Source of the DNA: Octopus bimaculoides
Taxonomy: Eukaryota
Direction of reading: 5' to 3'
Length of the DNA: 64,000 nucleotides
Assembly: GCF_001194135.2 (NCBI RefSeq)
Contig: NC_068983.1
Span: 20,722,030 to 20,786,029 of the forward strand
Part shown: positions 24,904-38,053 of the stretch, in pieces
Layout: each line of letters opens with the position of its first letter
How positions within the stretch are numbered: the first letter of the stretch is position 1
Notes under the pieces: generated by a model
Database searches by the model: none
The model's input: the letters and a program-made list of their open reading frames with translations, nothing else
What the model was told of the DNA's origin: nothing
Position numbers and translations under genes: made by a program

Positions 24904-26479
24904 AATTATTTTTGCATGTTTTAATTTTTGGCTACACTAAATTATGCTTCCTTACAAATGCAGGCAGATTTCTGAAGAAATGCAAACATTCTAAGAACAG
25001 TTCACAAGTGATTACTCCTTTGCTGAACTGATCATTGTTTAAGATGTTTTGAATTCATCTTCTCTTTTAAACGAAATGTATGCTGAGCGACAATACGCTT
25101 CAACATTGGCGGTATAATAAATTTCAGGGAAGAATTAGAAAGGAAAATAATTAACCTATCAAGAATGAGAGCAGCAATATAAATATCCTCGTTTTTAAAA
25201 AGCAAACAGAACTCGAGAAAGTGTACATGAAAGCTACGTTGTCAGTGAAAAAAGGTAACCAGCAAACTGTACATCATCCTGTAATCGAATGTCTTGTAAG
25301 AATTCTTTAAAACAGTAATGGTTACGTATTCCAGTAAGACAGGTTCTTGGCGGAAGTACGTTCAACGAAAAATTTCCTCGAATTCTTGTTAAAAATGTGG
25401 CTCTTTTTATGGTGAGCCATTCTTACGCGGCCAACTTGTTCCGAGAAAAAAATTTGCTCTAAACATCTTTAAAGTGTTGAATACTTCTGTCTGGAACAAA
25501 TTTCTTCTCTTTCAACACTTCATTTACCTTTCTGTCATTCTTGTCTCTCGTTCTCTTGTTTTCATTATTTATTATTTCCTCACTATTTGTCTCACTAATG
25601 GTGATACTAAAAAAGGCGCGCGCACGCACACGCACACAAGTATACACCTGCACACATACAAACACATTCATATATATATATATATATATATGTATGTATA
25701 AATGTGTGTGTGTCTGTATGTGTGTATATGTGGGTGTGTTCGTGTGTATTTTAACAATCAGAAGCAACAGCCGAAACCCAACACACACATATGTCAAAAG
25801 ATACGCAGCGCGAAGACTGGGAACTGTGCGTGGCAATTATTTAGTCCCTGGCAGTTCGGTTTACCATTAACCATGTGCCGTGTTTACGTGAAATACAAAA
25901 GAAACACACATCTGGAAAATATTGTCTTCGGATGACTAATTGTTGTATTGCTGTTTCTTTAGCGCTGTTCTTCATGATTTTGTAACAGAGATCACTCCCA
26001 TTCCTGTAAATTTCGATTTGTTTCTGTATTTATTTTACAATTCTTAGTTTTTGTCACTGACGTTGTTGGTTCGGCAGTAATGTGTGTAGGTTTCACTACT
26101 CTTCTTGCGTTCTAATTTCTATTTTATTTTATTCTTTAGCTGCATTACAGGCCACAAATGGAATATCTAAAACATTGATTCAAATGACTGTTATTCTTGG
26201 GTTAATTGATTTCTCTTGCAGACAAGCATGCCCTTCCCTGGGTTGCAATAACCCAAAATGTGTTTTCTCTTATCTCCACCTTTCTCTCTCTGTCACTCTT
26301 TCTTTCTCCCTTTCTCGTCTCTGGCCCCCACAAACAAACACACGCACATCCATATGCATTCACTTGTCTCTTTCTCAGGTTTCTCTTATTTTATGTCATC
26401 ACGTTGACACAACGTACGCATTGATACGGTGCGCATACATACACACATATACACACCCACACATATTACATACATACAT

Positions 26480-26524
<45 letters not shown>

Positions 26525-26829
26525 TGTGTTTGTATGTGTGTGTGAGTGACTGTGTGTATGTGGCTGGACAGATACGTACATATATGTATATTCTTCAACT
26601 GCATGCAAATTTTGTGTGTGTGTGTGCGTGTATGTGTGTGTGTCTAGCTGTCTGTTTGTGTGTTTGCGTTGTATATAGCGTCCATGTGATATGTTCTATT
26701 CTGAAATAAGTACGAGGAACCATCTGATCGATTTAAACAGTTGAAAGAGGATCCACAACATATTCAAAGTCAACCAAGAGGAAAAAAAGCTGAAGAATCA
26801 ATATAAAAACATACAGTGGGGTTCACTAT

Positions 26830-27165
26830 AGCAGAATAGCAAAGAATTTTGCTCCACAGCACCCCTGTTCCACGTCAGACCCCACTGCGTCGCATCTTAG
26901 GCAAATGTTATTTTACACAATCAGGGTTTGACAATATTTTAAGTGTGTTGTTGAGTAGAAACTAAAACGAGACCCGACAGATGGATTGTAACTGTATTTG
27001 AATAGGTACAGCTTTGACACATTCGTATGTCACGCTGATTCTATGTAAGAATTAACATTAAGGACAGCTACACGTGCCTGCAGAATGCCCAGCCACTCAC
27101 ACATGAATCTGGAGATAGTAAATCACTTTGACCGAACAACTGAATCCTTGTGATACGACAGAGAA
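26830..27165 (+). mobile_element. Old degenerate SINE sequence: B-like 5' part followed by A-like 3' part
   Basis: CCCACTGCGTCGCATCTTAGGCAAATGT resembles the B head/centre. TATGTCACGCTGATTCT...CACGTGCCTGCAGAATGCCCAGCCACT...CAACTGAATCCT aligns with the A 3' half. Confidence 0.5.
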
Positions 27166-27478
27166 TCACTGCATGTGCACACATTAACGCACATACTTAT
27201 AAACAAACATATACATTCTTTTATTGATCTATTGATCTGAGATTTTGTGCGTACATTCATTTATACTCATATCCGTGTGTGTGTGTTTGTGTCTGTCTGT
27301 CTGTGTTAGTGTGTACGTGTGTGTGTGGTGGGGGGGGGGAGAGGAAACAGATAGATAAATGAACAGAGAAAGCGAAAGATAAACGTGCACTCTAACCGAC
27401 TCAATAACAGCAATTTGTAGTTGTCTGTTGTATCCAAGTCCTAACATATTTTTAATGTTAACCTTAAGGAAATTATAA

Positions 27479-27789
27479 CGATAAACGTTGTCCTTTCAAA
27501 GCCTACCCAGGTTCATGGGCCCGGTTTCCCGGTTTCTATGGCGTATGTGTTCCCCCCAGCTGGACAGGACGCCAGTCCATCGCAGCGTTACTCAAGAAAC
27601 AGGAAAAAAGAGTGAGAGAATGTTGGGGCGAAAGAGTACAACAGGGGTCGCCACCCACCCCTGCCGGAGCCTCATGGAGCTTAGGTGTTTTCACTCAATA
27701 AACACTCACAACGCCCGGTCTGGGAATCGAAACCGCGATCCTCCGACCGTGAGTCCGCTGCCCTAACCATTGGGCCTTTGCGCCTCCAC
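27479..27789 (-). mobile_element. Chimeric SINE: group A 5' half + group D 3' half, 15-16 bp TSD
   Basis: A head/body 27789-~27595, then TGAGTAACGCTGCGATGGACTGGCGTCC...GAAACCGGGAAACCGGGCCCATGA as in the D copy at 46519-46783. CTTAAGGAAATTATAA at 27463-27478 and 27789-27804. Confidence 0.9.
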
Positions 27790-28267
27790 TTAAGGAAATT
27801 ATAATCATCATCAATTGGGGAACTTAATTATGTTCCGTCCCTAAGTTAAGTCTCTACTTTGTTCAACTGTATCTATCTGTTTTATCATCAGTGACGATAT
27901 ATGATGTGTGTGAGTGTAACGATATATCACAGTACCAAATGTAACCGTATGACAATAAGCAATGTAACAAGAGTTGGTTATCTTATTATAACCATTCGCA
28001 CGGTAACATTACAATACTCCAACACAGAATTAATAACGAGACTAACGCCCTCACATTTCGACATCAACTGTCCATTGGCTCATCTATTTATAAGACTTGT
28101 CCGGTCCACTGACAGTCATGTGCGGTGGTATCAGTTCACTCCACAACACTTTCCTTTTTCTGGTGGTCCACAAGGAATTTTCAGTTAATGACTAAGAGTT
28201 GTATTGAATTACGTTATTTATTCATCATATGCCTCTACAAAACAACAACATACATCTCGTGAGAATT

Positions 28268-28489
28268 AAGGGCGTTGGTCTGGCAGAATCGTTGGGGTAT
28301 CCTACAAAATGCCGCAATGATTTTACAGGATTTGATTAAGGTATTTTACTTACCGATTTTTCATGCCGACAAGTTCAGTTGCGTTTGTCATCCTTCTTGG
28401 GTCGATGGAATACGTACTCATTCAGGACCGTGCTAGATGGAATCGGCTAGCCCTATCTCATCAACTTTCAAGCTTTCTGTCTATTGTAG

Positions 28490-28542
<53 letters not shown>

Positions 28543-29460
28543 GTGGTTGTTATTATTATTAATATTATTATTATTGTTGTTGGTGGTGGTGTTGCTGTTA
28601 TTTTAAAAACAGCGGGCAGTCAGAATCCTTAGCACGTCGGGCAAAATGCTTAGCAGGTTCTGATTTCATATTCATCTGAGGTCGATTCTGCCTTGCCTCC
28701 TTTCGAGGTCGATACCAGTGAAACACTGAGGTTGATGTTATCGGCTATTCCCACCGCTATCGCCAAACAGAAAAAAAGGTTCATGCCTTGTGCCTTTAGT
28801 AGAAAGGATTATTATTATTATTATTATTATTGTTGTTGTTATCATCATTATTATTATTAAGCTGGCAGAACCGTTAGCACGCCGGGGAAAAAAAGCTTAG
28901 CAGCATTTCGTCCGTCTTTACGTTTTGAGTTCAAATTCCGCCAAGGTCGACTTTGTCTTTCATCCATTAGGGGTCGATGTAATTGACTAGACCCTCCCTC
29001 CAAATTTCAGGCCTTGTGCCTTTAGTAGAAAGGATTATTATTATTATTATTTAGAAGGCAGAATCTTTAGCATGCCGGCAAAATGCTTGGTGACATTTCG
29101 TCCGCTAGAATTTTCCTTTTATCCTTTAGGAGGGTGGGGTGGATAAAGTAAGTACCAGTAAAATACTTGGGTCTTTCCTCTAATATTTCTGGTCCTGTTC
29201 ATATTGTAGAAAGAATTATAAATACTCTTTTACTCAAAGGCGATTGATTGGCAGATTCATTTGTGCATCAGACAAGATCATGTTAATTATTGCAATATTT
29301 GTTCCGGCCCTTTGCTTTCCGAGTTCAAAACCCGCATTGGTCAGCTTTGACTTTCATCCTTCCAGTGTCAAGAATATGAAGTATGAATGAAGTACAGGGT
29401 TCAATTTAATCGACAACTCGTCAAAAGTTTACTCTTTGTAGTGTCCATGTTAGAAACATA
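28268..29460 (+). mobile_element. Five head-to-tail SINE-C copies separated by (ATT)n tails
   Basis: Copies at ~28268-28495, 28610-28807, 28859-29033, 29054-29215, 29237-29460. Each starts near (G)GCAGA(A)TC and ends near TAGAAAG(G). (ATT)n at 28496-28600, 28808-28858, 29034-29052. Confidence 0.8.
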
Positions 29461-30172
29461 TATTACCATTACCATTGTGTAAGATTTATTTATTTCGTGT
29501 CATGTTGCACCATCCCTGATACAACAGTTGCCAAAACTCAATCACTAAGAAATGGCGCATTCTAGAAGATTTTCGAATTCTGTAAAATCTTTATATATAT
29601 CTGACAGCTACTTTTTATTTTCTCATTTAGGAATAGTTCTTTCTGTTTCTTTGCTGTTGTCTTTTTGGTTTGCTTCCTTTGTTTCTTTCATGTATCCTTT
29701 CTTCCTTCCTTACTTTCTTTCTCTCTTTCTTCCATATCTTTTTTGTTTTATTTCGTTCTTGGGAGCGCTGTATGATATAATGTACGCTTACTTTGAAGAG
29801 AAAATAAGAGATTGATGTAGAGGAAAAGCATTGTTCTCAATGCGAAATGTCTGATTTATTCAGCAATACAGGATCTTAGTGTGATCACCTGGATGTCCCA
29901 TAGAGCAGGAAAAGTAATTTTTATCTTTTTTTTTTTTTTTACATGGCTTTGCATGGCTTCATGCTGTCATCATTTCACAGACAAAGCAGACAAATGGAAG
30001 TTCAGAAAGAAACAGCAAAGCGAGCGAGAAAATGATTGAGTGACAAAAGGAGAAATTATAGGTGGACGGTAGGGGGTATATTTTAAAAGAATACAGGTTT
30101 CACAGAAAGATAGACAAGTGAGAGTATGTATGATAGAAGGAGATAATCAGAAACAAGGAGAGAAAATTGTCG

Positions 30173-30210
<38 letters not shown>

Positions 30211-30541
30211 GGAGAAATAGTTAAGTGGAGTGGAAGTAAATGTTTCATAGGTAAAATTCTATGAAGAAGACACTCCTCTATCTGATTATTGCAAATATTA
30301 AGGAAATTACTTTCAGTCAAAATCTTGAGATAGCAGCGCTGTCTTCTCGAACAGGATGGAATTGACACGTAATGTTAGCTATGGTGCTTACCACTCCTAA
30401 ACTCGTACACTAAACCACTTATACACTGCTGTATAGACACAACACATACATAAATAAAATATACGCACACACAAGTGAATAAAGATATATAAATATATAT
30501 TCTTTTTTATACACATATACATGCACATATGTATATACGCA

Positions 30542-30585
<44 letters not shown>

Positions 30586-31459
30586 CATATATATATATAT
30601 ATNNNNNNNNNNNNNNNNNNNNNNNNNNNNNNNNNNNNNNNNNNNNNNNNNNNNNNNNNNNNNNNNNNNNNNNNNNNNNTATATATATGTATACACACGC
30701 AAACGCATTCAGACGTACGTATGTCCTGCTGTGGCTTAGAATATTATATGCAACTTCATATGCATTACTCGTTTTCCAGTTATCAGTTTCTGCATTCGCA
30801 ATGTCATATCATTGAATTTGGTATTTCAGTATTTCTATAACAGTCTATAATAAGATCTAGAATATGTCTGATATGCTCTTAACATAGTTGGCGGATTCTT
30901 CTGCCATAATGCTCTTTTAGCGAAATGGTTAGTAAATTATGTAACTACATGCTAAAGCGCCATGTAAAACAAAAAAAGTAATTTAGCAGAGAGTGATTAA
31001 GTTGCATAGGCATATGATATCGCCTAATGCAATGGACAGTTACTTTTGAAACAACTAATCCGTTTTCTTTTTGCTTTTTTTTTTTTTTTTCTCTGTGCTA
31101 TGAAAGAAATATGTGAGGACTAAATTTAATAAGTTCTGGTTGTTGGAGCGAACTAATTATGGTCAGCATCGAAGAAGAAATGTAATACGTAAAAACTTAA
31201 TGCGAGGATAATTCGTGTTCGTAACACACACATTATTCTAACTCGTTATACTATCCCCTACAGCCTCAGTTTTTTTTTTATGGAAGCTGCTTTTTTTTTC
31301 TTTCACCATCCCCGAAATCTGATACTTATGTCTAACATAATACTTGGTCATAGCATCTGGAGCCAGTCTTTTCCGCCTCTTCACTTCTAATTGCGACATT
31401 GTTCTAAATTTTTTCTAATGAAAAATTAGACTACTATTTAACATGGTTTTTAACAAGGA

Positions 31460-31945
31460 TTCTCGATCTGCAAGAAGTTGTAGCTAAATCTCCCTCGTGT
31501 CACAGGAGAGCATCTTGATAATAGAAAGCCTAGTATACTTGCGTTCCAAGATACAGTTAAAAAATGTTGGGATGGTCGAAGCTGGAATGCTTTTGATATT
31601 AGATATGCTTAACTATTGCAAAATTGGGGCTTAAAACACTCCTTGATACATTGTACTGAATCTTAACTATTTTTCGTGTAAATGTATTTATAAATAAAAC
31701 TGAAAATGTTTAAGGTGTTAGCTTTATTGTGTCAGGTTGAACATTTATTACTTTTTGTCTCACTCTCACTAACTAGAGCTTAGGGCTAACGAAGAACCTC
31801 TACATAGTTGACCTGTTAAAAACAGAAGCTGAACTTACCTCAAATTATATCCCACCGTCTAAAATGTATTTTAGGAAATACATACTCGTAAAAAAAAATT
31901 GAAATGGAATGTATTTGGTAACAGGCCTGCTCGGTCATGACTCAA
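31460..31945 (+). repeat. Two diverged copies of an unclassified interspersed repeat
   Basis: 31460-31615 and 31797-31940 share GA.CTG..A.AA...G.AGCT.AA.T..CCTC and TGGAATG..TTTG.TA..AG...TGCT. Confidence 0.4.
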
Positions 31946-32883
31946 TTAAAGCCAAACAACATTTTTTAGAACGCCGTGATCTATGTTGTTTGTTATTACG
32001 CTTTGACCAAGGATAGCACAAGGAGTCGGAGGTATAGTACAAAGTGAACTTTTGAATACTTGGCTAGTTGCCCCATGCTTGTATCCAGTCGTCCGTGCGC
32101 GATTTTGAAAAATATACCAAGGCTGTTCCCCTAATAAATCTCTCCACAAACATCACGTTTGTTTCATTGAAATATTGTTTAACAATGTTTACCTCTCTTC
32201 TATACAGGTATAATCATGATTAATTAAAGGCATCACGTCACCTGATAAGGTGTGTAAGTACTAAATTCATTACAATCAAGAGTATGATTTCCCGTATTTA
32301 AAAATTCCTTCTTCGACTTCCTTCCTGCTACCATCTACAGAATTTCCAATTCACTCAGATTTCACCGGTATAGGAAACGCTACAAAGGTTATAGGCACAA
32401 CCATTCTTCCGCTGTCGTTCTCAAAACATGTATTGTAGACTACCATAATCAATAAAACACAGGACAAAATAAATATGAAGGCATTCCTACATCTAGTTTC
32501 GTTGTTACTGATTCATCTCAGATCGACCATTATCAATGAGATTGTTTAAAATATATATATAAATTAGCAACAGAAGCAGTATTAATACTACTAGTTAATA
32601 TTTGTCGCCGCTTAAGCATGGATGTTCTGTTAGAACCAACTGTACTGCTGGAGATACTATTTTTGGTACCAGAAGCCAATATAAGAGTTTCTGTCGTGGT
32701 GTCTAACGCAGTTTAGTTCCTAATTGAAACTAACGTTTAAAAGGGCATTACTATCCAGGAGTGAGTTATTCCCATTTAAACATGGATGTTCTGCATCAGT
32801 CATTCAGAAAACTAACAGATGCCAACATCTATCATCTTTTCCTTGTTTCAGCCATTAGACTGCAGCCGTGCTGGGGCACTATC

Positions 32884-33096
32884 TTTACTCTATTCCTCTC
32901 TTTTGCTTGTTTCAGTCATTTGACTGCGGCCATGCTGGAGCACCGCCTTTAGTCGAGCAAATTGACTCCAAGACTTATTCTTTGGAAGCCTAGTACTTAT
33001 TCTATAGGTCTCTTTTGACGAACTGCTAAGTTACGGGGACATAAACACGCCAGCATCGGTTGTCAAGCGATGTTGGTGGGACAAACACACACACAA

Positions 33097-33127
<31 letters not shown>

Positions 33128-33412
33128 CACACACATATATATATATATGTATATATNNNNNNNNNNNNNNNNNNNNNNNNNNNNNNNNNNNNNNNNNNNN
33201 NNNNNNNNNNNNNNNNNNNNNNNNNNNNNNNNNNNNNNNNNNNNNNNNNNNNNNNNNNNNNNNNNNNNNNNNNNNNNNNNNNNNNNNNNNNNNNNNNNNN
33301 NNNNNNNNNNNNNNNNNNNNNNNNNNNNNNNNNNNNNNNNNNNNNNNNNNNNTGAACACGGAACCATGTGGTTGGTACGCAAGCATATTACCACACAGCC
33401 ACTCCTACGCCT
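32884..33412 (-). mobile_element. SINE group B, full length, gap at its internal microsatellite
   Basis: 3' half 32884-33085 is well conserved (CAGTCATTTGACTGCGGCCATGCTGGAGCACCGCC); (CA)n(TA)n, then N 33157-33352; head 33353-33412. An extra tail-like fragment lies at ~32836-32880. Confidence 0.88.
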
Positions 33413-33431
33413 CATTTTTATTTTGTCTAAT

Positions 33432-33571
33432 GAGTCGACGCCAGTAGTTTTTTTTAAAGCCTGGTACTTATATTATCGTTATCTTTAGTCGAACCTCCGG
33501 GTTACAGGGACGTAAACAAACCACCGCTTGTTGCCAAGGGTTGGTGAAGGATAGAAACAAACAGACAGACC

Positions 33572-33607
<36 letters not shown>

Positions 33608-33728
33608 TCTTTGGACGGCCTGTGGCTATAGTAAAAGACACTTGCCCAAGGTGCCATGCAGTGGGTCTGATCCTGGAACCATGCGGTTTCGAAGTAAACT
33701 TCTTACCACACAGCCATGCTTGCGCCTA
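33432..33728 (-). mobile_element. SINE group B, 3'-truncated
   Basis: Head TAGGCGCAAGCATGGCTGTGTGGTAAGAAG; centre GGCACCTTGGGCAAGTGTCTT; internal (CA)n. Confidence 0.8.
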
Positions 33729-33850
33729 TATGTCAGTAAAATTTCTTAGCTCATATTTAACGAGAAAAGAAAGCAGAAATTGCATTCATATAATTCTTCT
33801 TTATTCTCCATGCTGGATGAGCTTAAACATTTTAAAACTATTTTAATTAT

Positions 33851-34243
33851 GGCTATGTAGTAAAAAGCTTGCTTACAACCACATAATTCTGGGTTCAGTC
33901 CCACTCAGTGGCACATTGGGTGAATGTCTTCTGCTATAGACTCGGGCCGACCAAAACCTAGTGATTGGATTTGGTAGACAGAAACTGCAAGAAGCGCATC
34001 ATCTATATGTGTGTGTATATCCATTTGTTTTTGTGTGTGTGTCTGTGTTCGTCCCCTCATCATCGGTTGACAACTGGTGTTGGCGTGCTTTTCGTCTCCG
34101 TAACTTAGCAGTTCGTAAAGAGACCGATAGACTAAGTACTGGGCTTTAAAATAAGTCCTAGGTCGGATTGTTCGACAAAAATCACTTTAAAGCGATGTTC
34201 CAGCATGGTCGCAGTCAAATGACTGAAAAACAATAAAAGAATA
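33851..34243 (+). mobile_element. SINE group B, near full length
   Basis: GGGTTCAGTCCCACT...CTCGGGCCGACCAAA...GGATTTGGTAGAC ... CAGCATGGTCGCAGTCAAATGACTGAAA. Confidence 0.88.
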
Positions 34244-36237
34244 GCACAATATTAAGTATGGTGATTTTTGGATTCCCATTTCAATACAAATAATCCCAAA
34301 CTCCTATCGAAGATGATGCTAGCTTACCACATGAGTGGTCCTGGACGAGCGTTGTTGGGGCGACATTAGTCTTTCATGGCAGTCTCTATAATTCTTGTAT
34401 TATATGATGTCTATTGTGGCACTTTTTCTTAAACATCTAGGTTTATTTACGCAAAATTTGGCTTCTATTTTTAGCAAACCAATCAACCCCGTAGAAGATT
34501 ATACGTTGACAGTTTAATTTCTTTTACCTTCTATTATTAAATATACACCTACTTCTATACTTTTTTTTTTGTTGCTTTTCTGCTAAAAATAATATTATAA
34601 TGAAAATGGTTGTTAAATTTCGGTGTCCACTGTCTATATTCTTGACATATTCTCTCCTAATGCAATATTGTTTCTGGAACATATAATGGAAAACATTGCC
34701 AAACGATTATATTACTAACCAAAACATGTTATACTTTAATGAGTTCTCCTGTTCACGTGATCATGATTTATGAATTTTTTTTTTTTTTTTCATTTTAAAT
34801 ATACATATTTATGTCTGAAACAGCTACGATAATTTGTTTTTTCCCGTTTGTTCAGCGAACTATTAAACTTTGCATTTGAATGAGCATAGTAACATGGGTA
34901 AACACGTATTTCTGTTTGTGTTTCGTAGTCTCTTTCTTTACAGTGAGCCATGATAATGTTCTTTCATATAGAATTCCCATATTGACTAAATACAGTGCGA
35001 TTAGTTTACAAAAATGGATAGTAAAACAACAAACGGAAAACAATTTTCGGCTCGTTAGTTCCAGGAAAGGTTTATCGGTGAATTAGTTACAATTCTCACT
35101 TTATACACTTTAAATCATATTATTGATATTTGTAGACAAACTAAAACATTCTAAAAAAGATGGTTTACATTTCCTTATCAATAGCTCGTAAAATACGATT
35201 CAAGAAATAGCATTAAAATAATATTGTTATATTTTGGGATGGTCATTTGTTCCTTGCCAAAGAAACACACGCATTATATATTCGTTCTTCATTTGTTTAT
35301 TATTGTTCTTATTTTATCTCATGTCCATTGTCTTGAAGGCATGTGGATGGGAGAGCTGCTGAAGGGGTCATAGATGTGTGATGATCGATTACCAGACAAT
35401 GGACAAAAAGAATAATGAACGAGTGAAGAACGAATATATAGGGCGCGTGTTTATTTGACAAGAGAAAAACGACCTTGCCGAAATATAACAATATCTGTTT
35501 TAACACACGATTTCGCATCTGGAATCTTGCAAAACAAATTCACAACCGTATTAAAATATTAATTTCTATATTAGGCAGAATTCCATAAGAGTTACAAACC
35601 TGTACAGTCAACTCGATCGATATCATATTTAATTGTATCAATTTTGGATGTATGACATGTAAAATCAAATTTAGCAGTATTCTAACCTATGATGTAAATA
35701 AGACAAAGCACTTCTTCCTTCAAACTCCAGTCTCGAGGGGGGGGGGTTCTGTACCTACTGTGGAGCAACACCTTTTCCGCCAAATTGCCCTGTAATCATC
35801 CGGAGTCATTAATCGTTCCATTCTCTTATTGTTTACACTTGACCACATGTCCTTCGCCATGTAATCCTGCCATCAATGCATCACAAATGGTTTAAGACGC
35901 ACACCAATATCTTTAGCTATAGTTCAAATACTATAGCGCGCGCATTTGTGTAGATATGTATCATACCATACTTCGTGAAATGTTAGGTATTTGGATTCAA
36001 GATATATTCCTCAATTGACAAATAATGCGTTTCCTACCCCAATGGCTTTTCGAGTAATAGCCATGTTGGAGTCTGAGAAAAGCCTTCTTGTCTTTCAAAT
36101 GCTTTCCCTTTTTCTCGGTAATGCAGTACGTACTAAGGTGAGGATGGACCTTTTCTAGTAACATAGCTCTACCAGGTAGACTTAGTTTCCGTTAGATAAA
36201 GTTATATCTTCGACCCGTCTGTTGGATATATCTATAT

Positions 36238-36382
36238 GGAAGGGAAGAATACTTGAAACACTTGCTCGGTTTCATACATTCCAAAGTCAACCACTCGAGA
36301 ATATTCGAACTCAGAACGTAAAAACCCGGAAGAAATCACCGATGAACATTTTGTCCGATGCCGCTAACGATTCCGTCAGAAC
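36238..36382 (-). mobile_element. SINE group C, degenerate
   Basis: AAAGTCAACC...TTCGAACTCAGAACGTAAAAAC...CATTTTGTCCGATG..GCTAACGATTC. Confidence 0.65.
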
Positions 36383-36741
36383 ACAGTCAACATTTTAATG
36401 TGGCACATTATGGCTTTGTTTTATTGACTTAAGCTTGACAGAACTAAATATCCTAGACTGTTATACGATACATCTATTAAAAATAAATACACTGCATATT
36501 CCAAAATAAAAATTTGACACTCAAGGATTTTTACATCCACAAGACGAGAGGACGATAAAAAAATATTTGACAGTGAGAGAGTAATATGAGGAGATAACTA
36601 TTGATGTTACCTGCTTTCATTCCAATATTGAAGAAGGCCTACTACAGGTCCTTTAATACCTGTGATCATAAAAAGGAAGTAAATCGATCGTGTCCGCAAC
36701 GATAACATTAAGAAATTGGCTTAATATTCCAACATCTAAAG

Positions 36742-37009
36742 TACTGTTTCCCAACCGCTTTTTCACTATGGACCCCTTTGATTTCTGTTTCACTCTCCTG
36801 GTCCCTGCTAAAATATTGCCGTCTAAAACGCCATTTTGTATTTTTATATATGACATTTGTAATTAAATATTACTAGGATTTGTATAACAAAAAGTTGTTA
36901 AAATACTTCATGTATTATAGAAGTATAACTAATTTATTGCAGATAAATTTTAAGCACAAAAATCTTATGTGGACCCCAAAAGCCATATGGGGTCGGTTGA
37001 GAAACACTT
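36742..37009. mobile_element. Non-autonomous hAT (Charlie-like) element
   Basis: Termini TACTGTTTCCCAACC / GGTTGAGAAACACTT (12/15 inverted match, resembling CAGTGTTTCCCAACC-type hAT TIRs). Subterminal GGACCCC at both ends. Left flank ATCTAAAG fits NTCTARAN; right TSD is poorly conserved. Confidence 0.55.
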
Positions 37010-37997
37010 TACTACAAAATAAATGCAAAAATTGGAAGACTATGAGTTAATTGCTGTGAATAAAGATGGCCGATACTTCTACAAAATTGGTATTTGATAC
37101 ATAAATAAAATGCAATTTGTAAAACTGATGCACGTTCAGCCTAAACGTATCAACAGAAGCAGCATCCGTTGTTTCATCGGAAAAGGCTTGTCACAAGATA
37201 CATTAAACAGAACACATTCCGTCCCATTTTCTACCCAAAATGTCAACTGTTTGTAGTTCCCTTCCTGCCCATGACCTGAAGTCCTGAACTTAGAGTTGTT
37301 TCCGGAAATTTATGAAATGTATCGACATCACCCGTTTCAAGGTGGGGCTACATGAAACCATGGTCACATTCCCTTCTTTCTGATCAAACCACTGGAAAAA
37401 TGAATAATGATAATTATCAATTATTGTATAATGTTTAGAAAGTAACTGGTTACCAGGCATTTAACTATTAAGATTTGTGTACATTTTTATATTTTAAGCT
37501 ACGTTCCTAATTAATGTTATTTGTATTGATAATGTTATTGCTATTGGTAATTACCGTTCTAGGGTTTTTTTTTTTTGCTTTTGTTATTTCCGTTTTGTTT
37601 TTACAGCTGTTGTCATGACTACTACTTTTATATGTGTCATTGTAATTTTCTTTCAATGTTATTACGTGGATTACACATAAGTGTTCTCCATGGTGTTGCA
37701 TAGAGAAAAAGAGACATGCTCACGCATACACAATGACGCAAAGAAGTATGCTCATACATACAAAATGGCGCAGAGAGATATGCTTATACATGCAGCTAGA
37801 CATGCAGACATATTCACATCTACTAAGGCATATACAAATATACACTTACACATACATACACTGCTATACACATACTCAGAGACATATCGATATATGTTCA
37901 CACATGCATAACACGTTAAGTGATATGATCAATATACGCAGAGATATAGAAAGATATACTCGAGCATACAGTGACACAGAATTATGTTGACATGCAC

Positions 37998-38053
<56 letters not shown>

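Noticed and set aside
28268-29460. CRISPR-like repeat-spacer array
   Set aside because: Units are ~200-bp diverged SINEs with microsatellite tails; eukaryotic context; no cas genes.
37110-37200. Minus-strand FSDETTD motif resembling hAT transposase
   Set aside because: Only a 5-6 residue match, preceded by a stop, with no further hAT motifs.
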